64,000 nucleotides of DNA from the human T2T-CHM13v2.0 reference genome, Homo sapiens: NCBI RefSeq assembly GCF_009914755.1, contig NC_060930.1; one strand, 5' to 3'. The translations under genes were made by a program, and so were the position numbers. The notes beneath the pieces are model-generated. The model made no database searches. It saw only the letters and a list, made by a program, of their open reading frames with translations, and was not told the DNA's origin. Shown here one piece after another: positions 14,164-32,668 of this stretch. Within the stretch, counting starts at the first letter, position 1, and each line of letters opens with the position of its first letter.

Positions 14164-17100
14164 TGTTATATTCATTTTTTTGCTTCCATGCCCATCCTTC
14201 AAATGTATTTACTCTAATTTAAGATGAACTTCTCAAAAAGTTCTGCTTTTTTGTTTGCTCTTTAACATTTATCATGTAACTTATTTTATGAATCTCAAAT
14301 ATGTACCTTACGCTTCTGATTTTGAAAGTGATATCACACAGTAAATAAACATACATGTATTATCTCAAGACTTATGGAAGTTTATTTTTCTAAAGTTTTT
14401 GGCATACAGACAACTATGTGAAGAATTGTTTTTAATAATATGAATCATAATGATCCTTTCTTCTAAGAATGCTTTGCTTCTACTTCAATAACCTCTCTTT
14501 CCTTTTTGCTTTCAATCAAGACCATTATTTTTTCTTACTTTCTACACTACTCCTGAAATCTGAACTTTTCAACATTGCAAAAATATGCTTTACTTTTACA
14601 TAAATTCCAAACATTATTAAATTTCAAGAATCTGTTAAACCACAGATGCCTGTTCAACTGGAATGTTGGGGGTCCCTGCTTTGTTAATAATGATGCAAAA
14701 AGGCCCTGGGATTCTAGAGTCCATTTGGACATTTTCTGAATGGCATCTAAAATTTCATAGAGATTAAAAAAAAAAAATCATCGACATTAACAGCAGCCCT
14801 GGTGAAACAGTTTACAGAAAATATTCAACTTATATTTCTTACTTTCCACCACACTAAACAATATGAGGGCAAATTTGTGCGAAAATAACATTTTACTCTA
14901 CAACAGAGCAACTACCTTTAATCCTTGTCTCTGCTTTCCCAGAAAAATTTAAATGTTTTTATTTTCTCTTCCTCCTTTCCTCCCTCCACCTGCCCTGCCC
15001 TGCTCTCTTCCCGCTCCCTGTGTCTAATAGGAAGGGCAAGCACAATGCTGAGCACTTGGGACGTTTTTACTTTGCACTTAACGTTGGCCCTTCAAAACGT
15101 TAAAAAAATAAAAGTGCCTAGGGTATGTCTGAAAAGATCCTCATCAAATTTTTCCCCTCCTGGCCTCTGGCTATAGTGTGCAATTCTTTCAGCTTTGGTA
15201 TTTTCCTTTCGCTATTACCTGCTGAGGGTCCCTTTATGCTAACCACCTCTAATAAGGCTAGAGAAAAATTAAATGTAAACCTGATTTTTATTAATGTCCT
15301 AAGTGATCCAGTCAAATGTACAGTCAGTACTGCATTTTATATTAAAGGTCCCTAAAGTATACCTTCCTTTGATAAAACTCAATATTCATAGCTTTTAAAA
15401 TATACATATATAATAATATCTTCTATCTTGAGAGAACAATTAAGACCATGAAATATGTATTTTTGATGAAATAAAAATTTCTCATTTAAATAAAAAGCTT
15501 TTATTTCAAAAGTTTTAGAATTAAACTTAAATATATTGTCAAAGTATTGAAATAATTCATATTTTTAATTTGACATTGCCCTAAAATTTTTCAAATAGGT
15601 GTTCAAGATACTTTTTCAATCACTAAGATGCATTTTAACAGTGACTTCTGAAGAAAATTCAACATATTAAAATAGAGATAAGGAAGAGTAACTATAATTT
15701 GCATAAAATGATATCTCCAAACTATAAAAAGATGGAAAAATACAAGATAATCACATGAATTTATAGCCCCCAAATTAGCCACGATTACATTTCATTTACA
15801 TTATTCTTATATACTTTTTCTTGTATTCCAGATGAGAGAGGAATTAATAAGTAGATGTATTATTTGTATGCTTCTGAAGTTATTTTAAAATATAATTATT
15901 AAATAGATTGAATAGTATTACAAAATCCAAACATAACACAGAATGTTTTAATGAGAGTTTTGATTTTAAAATGTGTTTGCAATAAAATTAAATCATACTT
16001 GTTTCAGTAGATATTTTTTAAAAGCTTACATTCAAAATAAGAAAATGAAACCACTGGTGAAACTTTCTGATAAGGACTTTTAAGCCTATGTTAAAGTAAT
16101 TCAAATTTTGAAAGAATTTATAATGTATTTTAAAGCATTTCTACTTTTTTCTTGTGATATTATAACTGCATTCATGAACCACACTTCTTTACAATGAATG
16201 ACAATTTTTACTTAGAATATGAATAATCTATTTTATATTTGCAACATGTCTTTATTATGTTATATATAAATATATGTCTACATTATTTATCATACTCACA
16301 ACATGTCTTTATATGTTTTTATTATAATTGCATGTGGGTGTGAATCTGATTTGAAACAGTGATGTTATCGTAAATTCTCTAGTAGAATAAACATCATTCG
16401 GATTGATGACTGTTTCTAGGCAAACAATTACAGAAGAGTAAACAGATTTTTGTCTTTTGGTTAAATGCATATTAACCAATCACTTTTAAATTTGTAACAG
16501 TGAAGAATTGCTAAACCCGTGAACATCACAAACTGAATGGTCACAATATGCTTGTTGGTAATGATCTCGCTATGATAATCACATCAGCCAGGCACTTGGA
16601 ACATTTTCTTCTATTTTTTCTTTAAATGCACTAGCCACTGTTATTGTAATTGTTCTTGCAAATTCTATTTAGTTGTAAATTTTCAGTAGATGGATACTAT
16701 TGTGAGTGACCTAAATGAACTAGTAGCAATGACTTGAAAAGACATTAGTTGCATGGGATAACATATGCTATCAAGTGTCAGAAAAATGTAAATTCCAGTG
16801 TTCACTTTTGCAGTGGATTTGTATATTAATTGGGGCTGTCATTCATGTGCCATTATATCTCAGCAAACTCATCTTTAAATCATGTTACTAGAGGTAAGTC
16901 TTAATTGTTGCAGGCCACAGTTTCAATAACCATAAGAGAGAATAGAATAGATTAAAAACATGAATCTAACCATGAGGCATGTATGTAGTAACTACTGTTT
17001 TTAATACGTTTTTTGTTTATGTGTCTACAGTTTAATTTACTTTGAAGTAACTATAAAATTATTGCTTTTAAATGAGTTGGTAGATTACTTGAAATATTTT

Positions 17101-17394
17101 TAGTGAGTACTTTATCAATAGGTTAAGTTTTTCAAAAAAATAAAAATTACTTTAAGAAGAGATAAGACAATCAAATGTGACTACTTCATTTTCAGCTGCT
17201 AATTGATTTTTAATCTGTGAAAGATTTTAATTCATTGAAAATGGCTTTTATTATAATAATTTACACCAGGTAATTTTCTAAGAATAGAATAATCAACACC
17301 TGTATGCCCATCACCCATATTTAACTCATCTTAGTATTGTTTCATGTTGCTGAAATATTTTTAAGGAAAACACACAAAACATATTTGATCTGTC

Positions 17395-17520
17395 ATATAT
17401 ATATATGAGATGTCATAAATATGTATGCACACACATATATATGTACACACATTTCATACACATATATGTACACATATTTACACATATATGTACACACATT
17501 TCATACACATATATATGTAT
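17395..17520. repeat. (TA/CA)-rich degenerate tandem repeat
   Basis: Repeated tacacacatatatatg-like units. Confidence 0.75.
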
Positions 17521-17844
17521 GAAACTCCTATGCATGCATTCAATTAATTATCCTCCATTCCTCTCTACCAGGAGAAAATTACTACTCTTAAGATGCTATG
17601 TATTTTTCAAAATATGTTTTAATACTTCACTAAATATGAGTTACATATCACATTATTCTGAGACTTATTTTTTCAGTCAATCATACATTTTAATAAATAT
17701 TTAAGTGATATACTTTTATATAATTTATTCACAGTAAGTAATGTATAGATGCTTATGATTAAGTTGCATTGCATTTGTTTTGTTTTCTAATGTTTACCAA
17801 TATAAAGATATTGGAAAGGCATCACCTTGTTCATATATCCTTGC

Positions 17845-18900
17845 TGACAGTGCTGGATGTTGCCATGGAATTGGGTTTCGTGATGTTAATTACAATAGAT
17901 CTAAGAATGCACAGACTATTGGATATGCTTGACAATTAGATGCAAAATGAGCAAATAAGCATATAAATCAGAGAAACAGAGTGGACATCAGTGGACTGAT
18001 TCACAGATATCTATGGCAGAGGCTAACTGATGACGGGGTTTTAGAAATGAAATATATAAACAGTCTACTTACGGTGCTGCCTCATGTATATAGAATGAAA
18101 TGTATAGTTCTGGAGGACAGAGACATAATTCAGTTTGGCTTTGTAGGGATTCTCTGCCTCTTTCACAATTCCAAAACCTAAGTTATGTCACAGACTCAGT
18201 CACTCGAAGGTCAGGGTTTGCCTCCTTAAGAGGAATCTTTAATAGAGTCACAGGTATTTTATGTATCTTTTTGAAGACTTCCTCAGAGGTATCTGAGGCT
18301 ATTTACCAGTATGACTGTTCTATGGTGAAAGAAAGATATTCAGACATTTTAGGAGTTGCTGAATACTGGTTCTGAAAGTATACTTATCTCTGCAATGCTA
18401 CTGATCCACCAGTAGAAATATAAGATTATTGAGGTCAGTTCAGGTGAGGCCACAAATACATCTTCTCTTTGATTTTGTTTTTTTTTACCCACAATTCTTG
18501 AATATACAGTGTAGTTGATATATTTAGTAATAGCACAATTTTTACATTGGGGTAAGAGCTATTATGGAGGAAAATCCAATTGGAAGATCTTGTCATGCCC
18601 CTTTAGACCAATGGAGATTTTAAACTGACAGCAATTCTCTATTCCTGTGGTACTTGTAGTGATTGGTGTCCCCTTGAAAGGACTGAAAGTTGCAGGGGTG
18701 GTGATTCCAAACATCCCTACTTACCTCACCAGATTGGACAATGCAAAAGCTAGAAAGGGCACAGAAAATAAGATGAATGATAGAATATTGTTGGAAAATT
18801 AAACAGGATCTGATGCAAATTTCACCAATTCTAAAGGTTGGATCTCTATGAAGATAGATAAACAGAGCTCCTGGTACCTGAGTCCAGCTATGACATAGAA
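17845..18900 (+). mobile_element. Decayed ERVL-class internal fragment (gag-pro-pol junction)
   Basis: Gag-like YLWQRLTDDGVLE in ORF 17981..18181. Protease-site remnant ELLNTGSE (cf. LLDTGSE) near 18353-18376. RT N-terminal text gcaggggtggtgattcc and ctcctggtacctg typical of ERVL pol. Confidence 0.7.
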
Positions 18901-18959
18901 AATTAATTATTTTGTGTTCTAATTAGTGAAGCTCCACTTGAATTTGTCAGAATGCCTTT

Positions 18960-19734
18960 TTAAAGATATTTTGAAAGACCTAAATAAATAGATATCAATT
19001 TTTCTTAAATTGGCCTACCCATTCAATGAAATTCCAATCAAAATTGCTTGTTTGAATGAATATTTATATAGAATAAAGTTGATTTTAACAGAAGAAATTG
19101 CCAAAATATCTAAAGCTGCCTGAAGATTAAATAGCCCTACTAGTATTGAGATATTTCAAAGGGAAGTAATTAAGATGTATGACACTAGCACATGGATGAG
19201 TAACTGAACTAAAGCAACAGAACAGCAATAGAGAAATAGACATATCCATATGTGGAAACGTGATCTGCAACCAAGAAGGCACTACAGATCAGTGAGTGAA
19301 AGATGAACTTAATATGTAGCAGACATGGCTTATTTATATAAAAAAATAAGAATCTGAGTTTATTTTTTAAGTGTGTAAAGAATGAGATAAGAATACTTTA
19401 CACCCATACTCATACTTATACATACAATATACCTGATGCATCTACATATAAAGAACATAATCTTAATTATTTTAAAAGGAAATATAGGGAAAAAATCCTT
19501 TCATCCTAGTGTAAAGAAAAGTTAAATAAGATGAAACTTGCAAACCATATACTAAATAATAAATTAATTCAAGTATATTAAAATTAAGTTTTAGTACATA
19601 TAACTTATAAAGGTGAAGTGTCTATTTCAATCAGAACTTATATTCAATAAATACAACTAACAAAGATATTTTAAAAATCATATATAAGGATTCTTACAAA
19701 GCCATAAGAAGAAAAAACATTAAAGAGCAGATGC
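18960..19734 (+). mobile_element. Old L1M (L1ME-like) ORF2 3' fragment, left part; interrupted by the L1PA7-like insertion
   Basis: attcaatgaaattccaatcaaaatt and other degraded L1 ORF2-end text; continues at about 24929. Confidence 0.6.

Positions 19735-24895
<5,161 letters not shown>

Positions 24896-24927
<32 letters not shown>
24896..24927. repeat. Perfect (TA)16 microsatellite
   Basis: Direct reading. Confidence 0.95.
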
Positions 24928-24928
<1 letters not shown>

Positions 24929-24929
<1 letters not shown>

Positions 24930-25690
24930 CAGATGCCATAATTAGGCATTTCTAAAAAGGCAAAATTAATCATCTCAAAATGTACATAAAATTGTTAAAC
25001 TTCATATTATTATAAGAATGCAGGGAGACTACAATAAGATATAACTTTACACACAGCCTAAAATGGAACATTCTGAAAATGCCAATAAAAACATTTATTC
25101 CCTGCTAAGAATACAAAAATTGTATTTTTCAAAAGAAATGAGAAAAATATAAATGTGATTTAGCAAATGTGACCATGTTTACCCAATGGTTCAACAATTC
25201 TACTTCTATGTATGTAACCTCGGACATACTAGTACTTGTGTATTTAGAGAAATATTTGAAAACTTTAATATCATTGTAGGTAAGACAAAAGAAGCAAATA
25301 GTCCAAATATCTATAACCAGTAGAATGATAAATGTTGGTATATATTTAATATTAAATATTGTATAAAAGTTAAAAATGAGCAACAGATACATGCATCAAC
25401 AGGAATTACAAAATATTATGTTCAACAACAATTTCGGGAGACTCTACACAATATTGTTTTGCTTATAATAACATGGAAACTAAGGAGCATTTTGCTCAGG
25501 CACACATACAAATAGCACTATAAACTAACAGTAAGATTGGTAAATAAAAATTTGAGATTTTTGACATAAGTGATTGGATGGGACAAATGAGGATGTGCTG
25601 GTACAAGCACAAATGTATCAGTGGTGATCAGCTGCCTTAGTTACATAATGAGCACATGTGTGCTCACTTTATTACTTGTTGAATTACACA
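24929..25690 (+). mobile_element. Old L1M fragment, right part (approximate end)
   Basis: Degraded L1 3' text (aggcatttctaaaaagg...acaataagatataactttacacac; caacaattctacttcta) continuing the 18960-19734 piece. Confidence 0.55.
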
Positions 25691-25727
25691 CATCAAATAA
25701 TTAATTTAATAAAAAGTAGCTTCTCAC

Positions 25728-25835
25728 CTGTTTGTCAGATCCACACATGTTCCATTATTTTTGCAAGGTTCAGAGGAACATTCATTAATTTCAATTTCAC
25801 ACAGAGATCCAGAAAACCCAGGTCTGCAAATACAC
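25728..25835 (-). CDS. EYS: EYS coding exon (exon 18), 108 nt, phase 2 to 2
   Basis: Acceptor ttttttgtttaaaag|G, donor CAG|GTGAGA. Reads (R)[35 protein letters not shown](R). Missed by the ORF track. Confidence 0.96.
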
Positions 25836-26018
25836 CTTTTAAACAAAAAATTTAGTAACTCCATTAGTATATATGTATAAAATCAATGCTTCAACTAATT
25901 GTAGCATGGCAAGTTTTTAATAATTATAATTGTTGCTTAATTCACCAATTAAAATTCTATACCTGTATACATCTAGACACATAAACATGTATCTAGATAC
26001 TTTTTAAGTTTTCTGTAC

Positions 26019-26115
26019 CTGAAATTGTTGACCATATCTTCACAGTCACCATAATCCTGGCAGGAAAGGAAGAGGCAGTCTTTCACATCAATTTCACAGT
26101 TTTTACCTTCAAATT
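26019..26115 (-). CDS. EYS: EYS coding exon (exon 17), 97 nt, phase 1 to 2
   Basis: Acceptor ctctttgcag|AA, donor CAG|GTACAG. Reads (E)FEGKNCEIDVKDCLFLSCQDYGDCEDMVNNF(R), in frame with both neighbours. Missed by the ORF track. Confidence 0.96.
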
Positions 26116-28639
26116 CTGCAAAGAGTATGAGATGAGTATGGATGAGCAATCCTTGTTATAGAGTAAAAAAATCAGAATCAGTGGTAGTCTAAAGAATACA
26201 CTCATAATGGAGGTTAAAAAAGGAAAAAGAAAATAATTACTCTCAAGCTTCTCATAAAACTCCATTTCACATAATGTGTGCATAAAAACATGCCAGTTTC
26301 TAGATTAATGAGTTTAAATGAAATATTCAAGGGAGGAATACTCCACTAAATCCCCTGAGAAGGTAGAGATGTTGCTAATGTTGCTGTTGTTTTAAGGTAT
26401 TTAAATGTTTGAACAAGAAGAATTGAAATGATCTGGAAAGCAAATGAATTAATGTGATGACCAATCTTAAAGTAAAATTGAGCTTCAATGATCAAATTTA
26501 TTCAAGGCAGTTAGCAGATGAAGCAAATTATTTAATTGCTTTTTATATCCAAGTGATTCAAAGAAAACAAATTATTTTGATTCACAGCTACATAATCAGT
26601 CATCCATTTAAACACATGCCAGTTATATTAAAAAAAATGAACATGAAAGAAAATTATACAGGCTGATAAACAAGACAGTTGCAATTATTTCAACACATTT
26701 GTGTCAGAAAAAACCTGCATGATATCACTTTTTAAAATACAATGAAATATATTAATATTTATAATAAACAGTTAAACAATTCTATGGTTATATATTAACT
26801 AAGTATAACAAAATATATGTGTAAAACCATTTTTCTTGTTAATATTTTTTCTGTACTAGTTCAAACATGTAAGAAACAAGATTTCCCTTTATTTTGCTTT
26901 TTCAGTGATATTACCAAGCACTAAATAAGTGCAGCCACATTACACAATATTCTAAATGTCAGTATGCAATCAGGCTAATTTAGTTTGAGGAACAAAGAGT
27001 CATTCAGGTTACTTTAAGAAAACTGTATTCATTGTTTGCATACACATAGACTGGAATTGGAACTAAGAAGCATTTAAAGGGAAGCATAGTCTAGCTACCC
27101 AGGAATAGCTGTCTTCCTTTTACAGTACATGTCCTTTATCCTTCTCATATCACTTTTTCTTCTCTTTCTATCACAAATATCTCAGCATGTTCAGTTTCAA
27201 ATCACTTGTAATGTTGGCATGCGAGTGATATAGCACAGCTTTCTTGGTCTCTATGTCTATATTATGACATTTCAGCTTCAGCACCTACTGTTCAATGAAA
27301 AATTCCCTCGGTATTTTCTCACTCAGATTCCCACGATAGAACACGGAATTGACTGACCTATTTCATCTTTTCATATCATACCATGCCACAGTCAATGCCA
27401 TTCTCTGTGGTGTCTACCATTGGATCAAACTGCAAACCTGCCTCCCGTTGCAATTTAACAGGGAGCTTGGTGTTACACCTTATAAAATCTGGCTGCCTCT
27501 TCGGTAGTATATAATATGGAAAACTAAAAGTTACTTAATCCAAAAGAAAACAGAAAAAGAAACAAAGTACAGATACAACAAATAGAAAACAAATAGCTAG
27601 AAGGTGTATTTACAGCCACACATATCAAAAGTTATATTAAATATGATTTTTAAAAACGCCAATTTAAAGGTAGAGGCAGACTAAATAACAGAAGAAACTA
27701 CAAGATATCTAAAAGAAATTTATTTAAAACATAACAACAATGATAGGTTAACATTTAAAAGATGGAATGATCACACACTATGAAACACTAATTGTAAGTA
27801 AGCTGCCATACTTATGGGGCTAGCAGACCAGGTAGTCTTCAGGACAAGCAATATTTTTAATTTGCCTTATTTTTCTTACTCAATTCTCAGAGCCTGCAAA
27901 TGAATCTCTGAAGTTACATTTTTGTAATTCGTTCATACGCTAGGTGTTGTATCCTCAGCTTTAGGAACAAAATTAAAATGAATTACTTCCAAGTTATTAT
28001 GGCTCTCCTCATTTTAGGTGAGCAAGTTGTAATTGTTCCAACATGCTTCATCATTCTTCAATCGCCATTGCTGTTTTCTATATTTAGGTTGTAAATGCCA
28101 TAGTACAGATATAAACAACTTAGATTCTATTTTCAAAAGATGTTTAATTCTTTAAGTATTTGATTGAGGTTAGATTTTTCACAAGTTAAAAATTGAGAAA
28201 GTTGAGTGTATTTCACCATTTCTACTTTAAGTCTGGTTAGTTTTCTCTGGGAGGCAGGGCATTTTGACACTAAAATGATTCTTAGAAATGTTCTTTTGAG
28301 GCAGTGGAACTCAGGGGCACTGACTGGCTATAAAGAAGCGCCAGTGAGCCTCCATGATTTCAGCTGTGCTGATGAATCAGAACACTCAGGGCCCAGGACC
28401 TTGGGTAGCTCACAGGATAACCTTGTTTCCTGTGATTTTGTCATATTTATTAAGTTTGACATTTCTGAGATGGAGTTTTGTTACCAGCTAGCAACATATG
28501 TCAATGGGTTGAGGAAATGAGATTGCCGAAATGCAGCAGACATTGGGAGAAAACATAACATGTGGATTGCATTCAATATAAAGCAAAGCTTTGCTGAGAT
28601 AGCCTATGTTTTGGGAATTTTAAGAGCGAAGTATGCATA

Positions 28640-28845
28640 CAGTCACGTGCTGCATAACAACATTTTGGTCAATGACAGACCACATTTCTAATAACAATGA
28701 TCTATAAATATTATAATGGACCTATAAATGCAGTAGGCTATCTCATCTAGGTTTGTGTTAGGGCACTCTATGTTGTTCACACAACAAAATTGCCTAGTGA
28801 TATATTTCTTAGGATATATCCCCATTTTTAAGCAATACATGACTG
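28640..28845 (-). mobile_element. Tigger3-derived (MER7/Golem) MITE, internally deleted
   Basis: Termini cagtca...tgactg flanked by TA on both sides; internal gtaggcta...catctaggtttgtgt. Confidence 0.8.
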
Positions 28846-30658
28846 TATACTTAATCCCAAACTACATATTCTATAATCCTTAATGTTAGAAGTTGATATT
28901 CATTTCTGTGAAAGGTACTTGTTTTGAATATATGAAGTTACAGGTAAGAAACTGCCCAAACAGAAAGTTTGTTATTACTAATTTTATGCTGTTCCCCTGT
29001 TCTTTATTCCTACTCAGAACTATTCGGTTGGCCGTACTTTGTTAACTGCAGGGAGGATCTTTACATGCATAAAAGTGAAGCTTCTTAAATGGATACTGTC
29101 TTGATCCTTTTCTTACACTGTCTCGTCTGTGTATGGCTATAACAAATACACACGAATGGTCAGTAAATGATATTTTTATACTTCTGCACTCGTTCCTCCA
29201 AAATACACAAAATTGATTTTTAAAACCTACTGCTCAAATGTAAGATCTGCATCAGTCTGGATTGTAGGTATTATTTTTTAAAATCACTTAGTATTTTCTC
29301 TTTTCTAACAAATTCAGCCTTTTTGCACTTTATTGCTCTAGAAGGTAATGTATGGAACAGAGTACAATAATGAAATTTTCATAAAAATCATTTTACATAG
29401 CATTTTATCATTCAGGACTATATTTTAACAATCTCCACTTCATATTTGGTATTAGTTGGAATAATTTGAAATGAATGTAAATAGGGAAAAAAACTAGTGT
29501 ATACCATAGCATGAATTCACACAAGGTAGTTAAAAATCATATATTTTTAAATAAAAACTCAAACACTTAAAAATGTTTTTCTTTCAAAAGTATTAAATGT
29601 ATTATTTCTATTTATTCTTAATTAAATAATCTAATTTCTCTGGATTTAAAAGCTTGATAAAAAGAAAACAAAAAAACACCTCAGAAGTTTTTCTTAGCAA
29701 GTCAGATTTTTTAAAAAAATATTATTTTATTTAAAAATATTTGTATTCAAATATTAACATTTTCTAAAATAATTAACCAATATAAGAAATTCTTTAAATT
29801 TAACTTTAAAAACTATGAAATATGAATATACAGAATTAATATTTCCAATAGTCTCTAATAAGATTTTTAACATCTATTTTTAAAGTGAACTTAAAAAAAA
29901 GAAGAGCTAATATTTTAGAAAGTAATAAATATTTAACATGTTTTATGTTTAATTATGTATGTATTTTCTTTAAGGAATTTTCTAAATTCAAATTTCTACA
30001 GCTATTAACCTTAACAGGTATGTGCTACAACATGGGTACATGTTTTTAATTGTCAACAGGAGTAATTTCTAATTTATACAAACTATTTTGTCAAATGACA
30101 CATTTATTTGGTGTTTGTACTTGTATACCTTAGGTAATGTGGAATTAACATAATGATAGTATATATACTGGAGTAATAGACACATTTAAATGCAACTACT
30201 TGTCTCCCATGATACTGCAATTCCATCAAGCGTAGGATCCCAATTGTAAATCAATAGCACATGTAAATGATCTGATTCTGCTCTCACTGCAGCTCCTTGT
30301 GAGGCATCTTTGCCACATTTTAATCCTGTCATTTAAAGAAACTTCTGTTCCTTTCACCTTGAAGACATACAAAGTAGCTATTTTAGAAACTAAGCTCTTT
30401 ACATTAAATTAAGAAGTATTTGATAGGGTAATTTTTTGCCTATAAACTGAGAAAGTGGAGTAATTCAAAGTAGAAAGATAAAGAACCATTCATAAAAAGA
30501 ACATTAGAAAAGAAATTATTTAATTCTTGACATGTATTTCTAGGCTAGACACACACATGGTAACATAATAATTCTACTCTATGCTACAAACACACACATT
30601 CTCATGCATTTTATTTGAAGTCGTCTTTACCTTCTTAATCTTCATGTGGTTTTGTGGT

Positions 30659-30964
30659 ATTTATTATTATTATTTTTTATTATTAGAGACAAGGTCCTGC
30701 TCTGTTGCCTAAGCTGGAATGCAGTGGTGTGATCATAGCTCACTGTAACCTTAAACTCCTTTGCTCTAGTGATCCCTCCTGCTTTAGCCTCCTGAACAGT
30801 TAGGACTGCAGGCATGAACCACCACGCACTGCTAATTTTTTTTAAATTTTTTTGTAGAGATATTATGTTGACCAAGCTGGTCTGGAGCTATTGGCCTCAA
30901 GCAATCCTCCTGCCTTAGTCTCCCAAAGTGCTGTGATTACAAGTGTGAGCTATTGTGCCTGGCC
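30659..30964 (-). mobile_element. AluJ-type SINE
   Basis: Reverse-complement Alu with J-like gatcatagctcactg and gcaatcctcctgcctt; (TTA)n tail. Confidence 0.9.
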
Positions 30965-31419
30965 CTCAAGTGATATATTTTATATTTGATTTCTACCAGC
31001 TTGAAGTTGAAACCAGTTTATTCAACCTTTCCCACTTAATTAACTCTTTGCCTTCACTATATGTTTTAGCCATTACTCTAATGGCCATAAACATATGAAT
31101 AAAAACATGAACTTAGTTAAGAAGTGAGATATATTGGTAACCCAGCTGAGAGGGATACCAGACAGTTCACAAAATTGAAGAAAGAACTGTAAGTTCTGCC
31201 AGGATTCCTTCCCCAAACACTTCTATCCTACTATATACAGATCATCTCCACATGAAGAGAACATGGTAGTTGACTGTACTGATTGAAAACATCTGGCAGA
31301 AAGAGAAGGCCTCTTCTCTCAGCATCAACTCTAAAGAAGGGGTCTGAATGCCAATATTCCACTCACATGCATGCCCAGACATAGGTAAATCATAGTTACC
31401 ATGGGGATGGAATTTACTA

Positions 31420-31680
31420 TGTGTCTTAGCTTGGGTTGTTCCAAAAATAAAATAAAAAAAAAAGTCTGAGATAATGATTTTCTCACAAGTAGTTTATTTG
31501 AGAGGTGATCCCAGATCCCAGGAATTATTGCAAGGGAGTGGAAAATAAAGCAGGGAAGAGAGTGGTTTAATGAGCACATAATTGTGGGCAACTGAGGCTT
31601 CATATGCTGGAGACTCTCTTATAAATCATGCGAAACATAACTAAAAGTTGTCAACAGAAATGAGAAAGCAGTGCTATGTA
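31420..31680 (-). mobile_element. LTR16-like ERVL LTR fragment
   Basis: tgtgtcttagcttgggtt...caagtagtttatttgagaggtgatcccag resembles the recalled LTR16 end. Confidence 0.55.
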
Positions 31681-31728
31681 TCCACAACTTGTCATCCCTT
31701 GTGCATATTTCTGGCATAAATGTGGAAG

Positions 31729-32668
31729 TGATGCAGGATTTTTCTCAGCCCGTTTGGCAGACTCGTGGGAGAGGTGCCCCATCTACTTGGTCTATTATGC
31801 TCAAGCTTTTGGGGGAGAGAGCACATATGCCAGCAAGTGCAGGACCTGGCTGGCCACTCCAGATGCCGAAACAGGAGCAAGCTCCACACGGGCCCCCAGC
31901 CTGACCAGGTGTGTTGCCTTGGCGGGAACATGGTGGAACCCAGGTGAGGGTGCCTGTGACACTGAAGCCCCAGAGGGGATTTTACAGTGCTCCTTTAGTT
32001 CCACCATTCACAGACAGCAGTGTGTTAGCAGCTCAGTTGGTGCCTTGCCTCGTCACATGGGGTGGCTGCCCTTTGCCAGGGAGGGCAAAGGGCTGGTTGG
32101 ACGGCCTTTCTGGGTACCCACACTCAGTGGGTCCCAAGCTCTTGTCCAGTGTCCAAGAAGAATGAGGTCATGCAGATGATTGAAGGGTGGTGAAGGTGGA
32201 GAATTTTATTGAGTGATGAAAACAAGTCTCAGAGGAGAGGGGAGCTGGAGAGGGTACAGGAAGGACAGGTCGTCTTCCTGTACAACCTGAAGTCAGGCTG
32301 TCTCTTCCCGAAAGTCAGGCCATCTCATCTTCTACTGACTGAGTCTGGGGTTTCTATAGACACAGGATGGGGAGTGCTTGCTGATTGGTTTGTGAGTGTG
32401 CAAAAGTTAAAGTGAAGACAAGACTCAAAGGTGGGTACAACAGTGTGGAAAACCAATTAGGAAAGGGCAGGTATATGTAAAATAGGTGAAGGGTGGGGAT
32501 CAATCAGAGGAAAGCGCACCAAACAGGAAGACAAGTTCTCAATCCTGTCTGAGAATTTAACTTATAGCTTGGCTTTCAAGCTTTAAACTGGCATTGGCTT
32601 GGAGGTGATGTTTCACCGGGTACCCACCCTTATCTGTCTAGGCATTTGGCTGCCTCCTGTCACTATCA
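31729..32668 (-). mobile_element. ERV1-class solo LTR (LTR27/LTR28/MER52 family), 940 bp, same orientation as EYS
   Basis: Minus strand starts TGATAGTGACAGGAGGCAGCCAAATGCCTAG and ends AATCCTGCATCA. 4-bp flanks gaag/aaag. AATAAA on the minus strand at 32205-32210. Confidence 0.8.

Noticed and set aside
14630-14746. Minus-strand acceptor then RCHSENVQMDSRIPGPFCIIINK, echoing exon 19 GPFCELDVNK
   Set aside because: Cys spacing does not fit EGF, an early stop follows and there is no convincing donor; likely chance.
30129-30357. Possible cryptic exon (cttcaag|GTG ... AAG|GTATAC) with TGLKCGKD text
   Set aside because: Weak splice signals, stops in all frames, motif too short.
31676-32179. 167-aa ORF, longest in the track
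   Set aside because: Inside a GC-rich ERV1 LTR with few stop codons; no coding signature.
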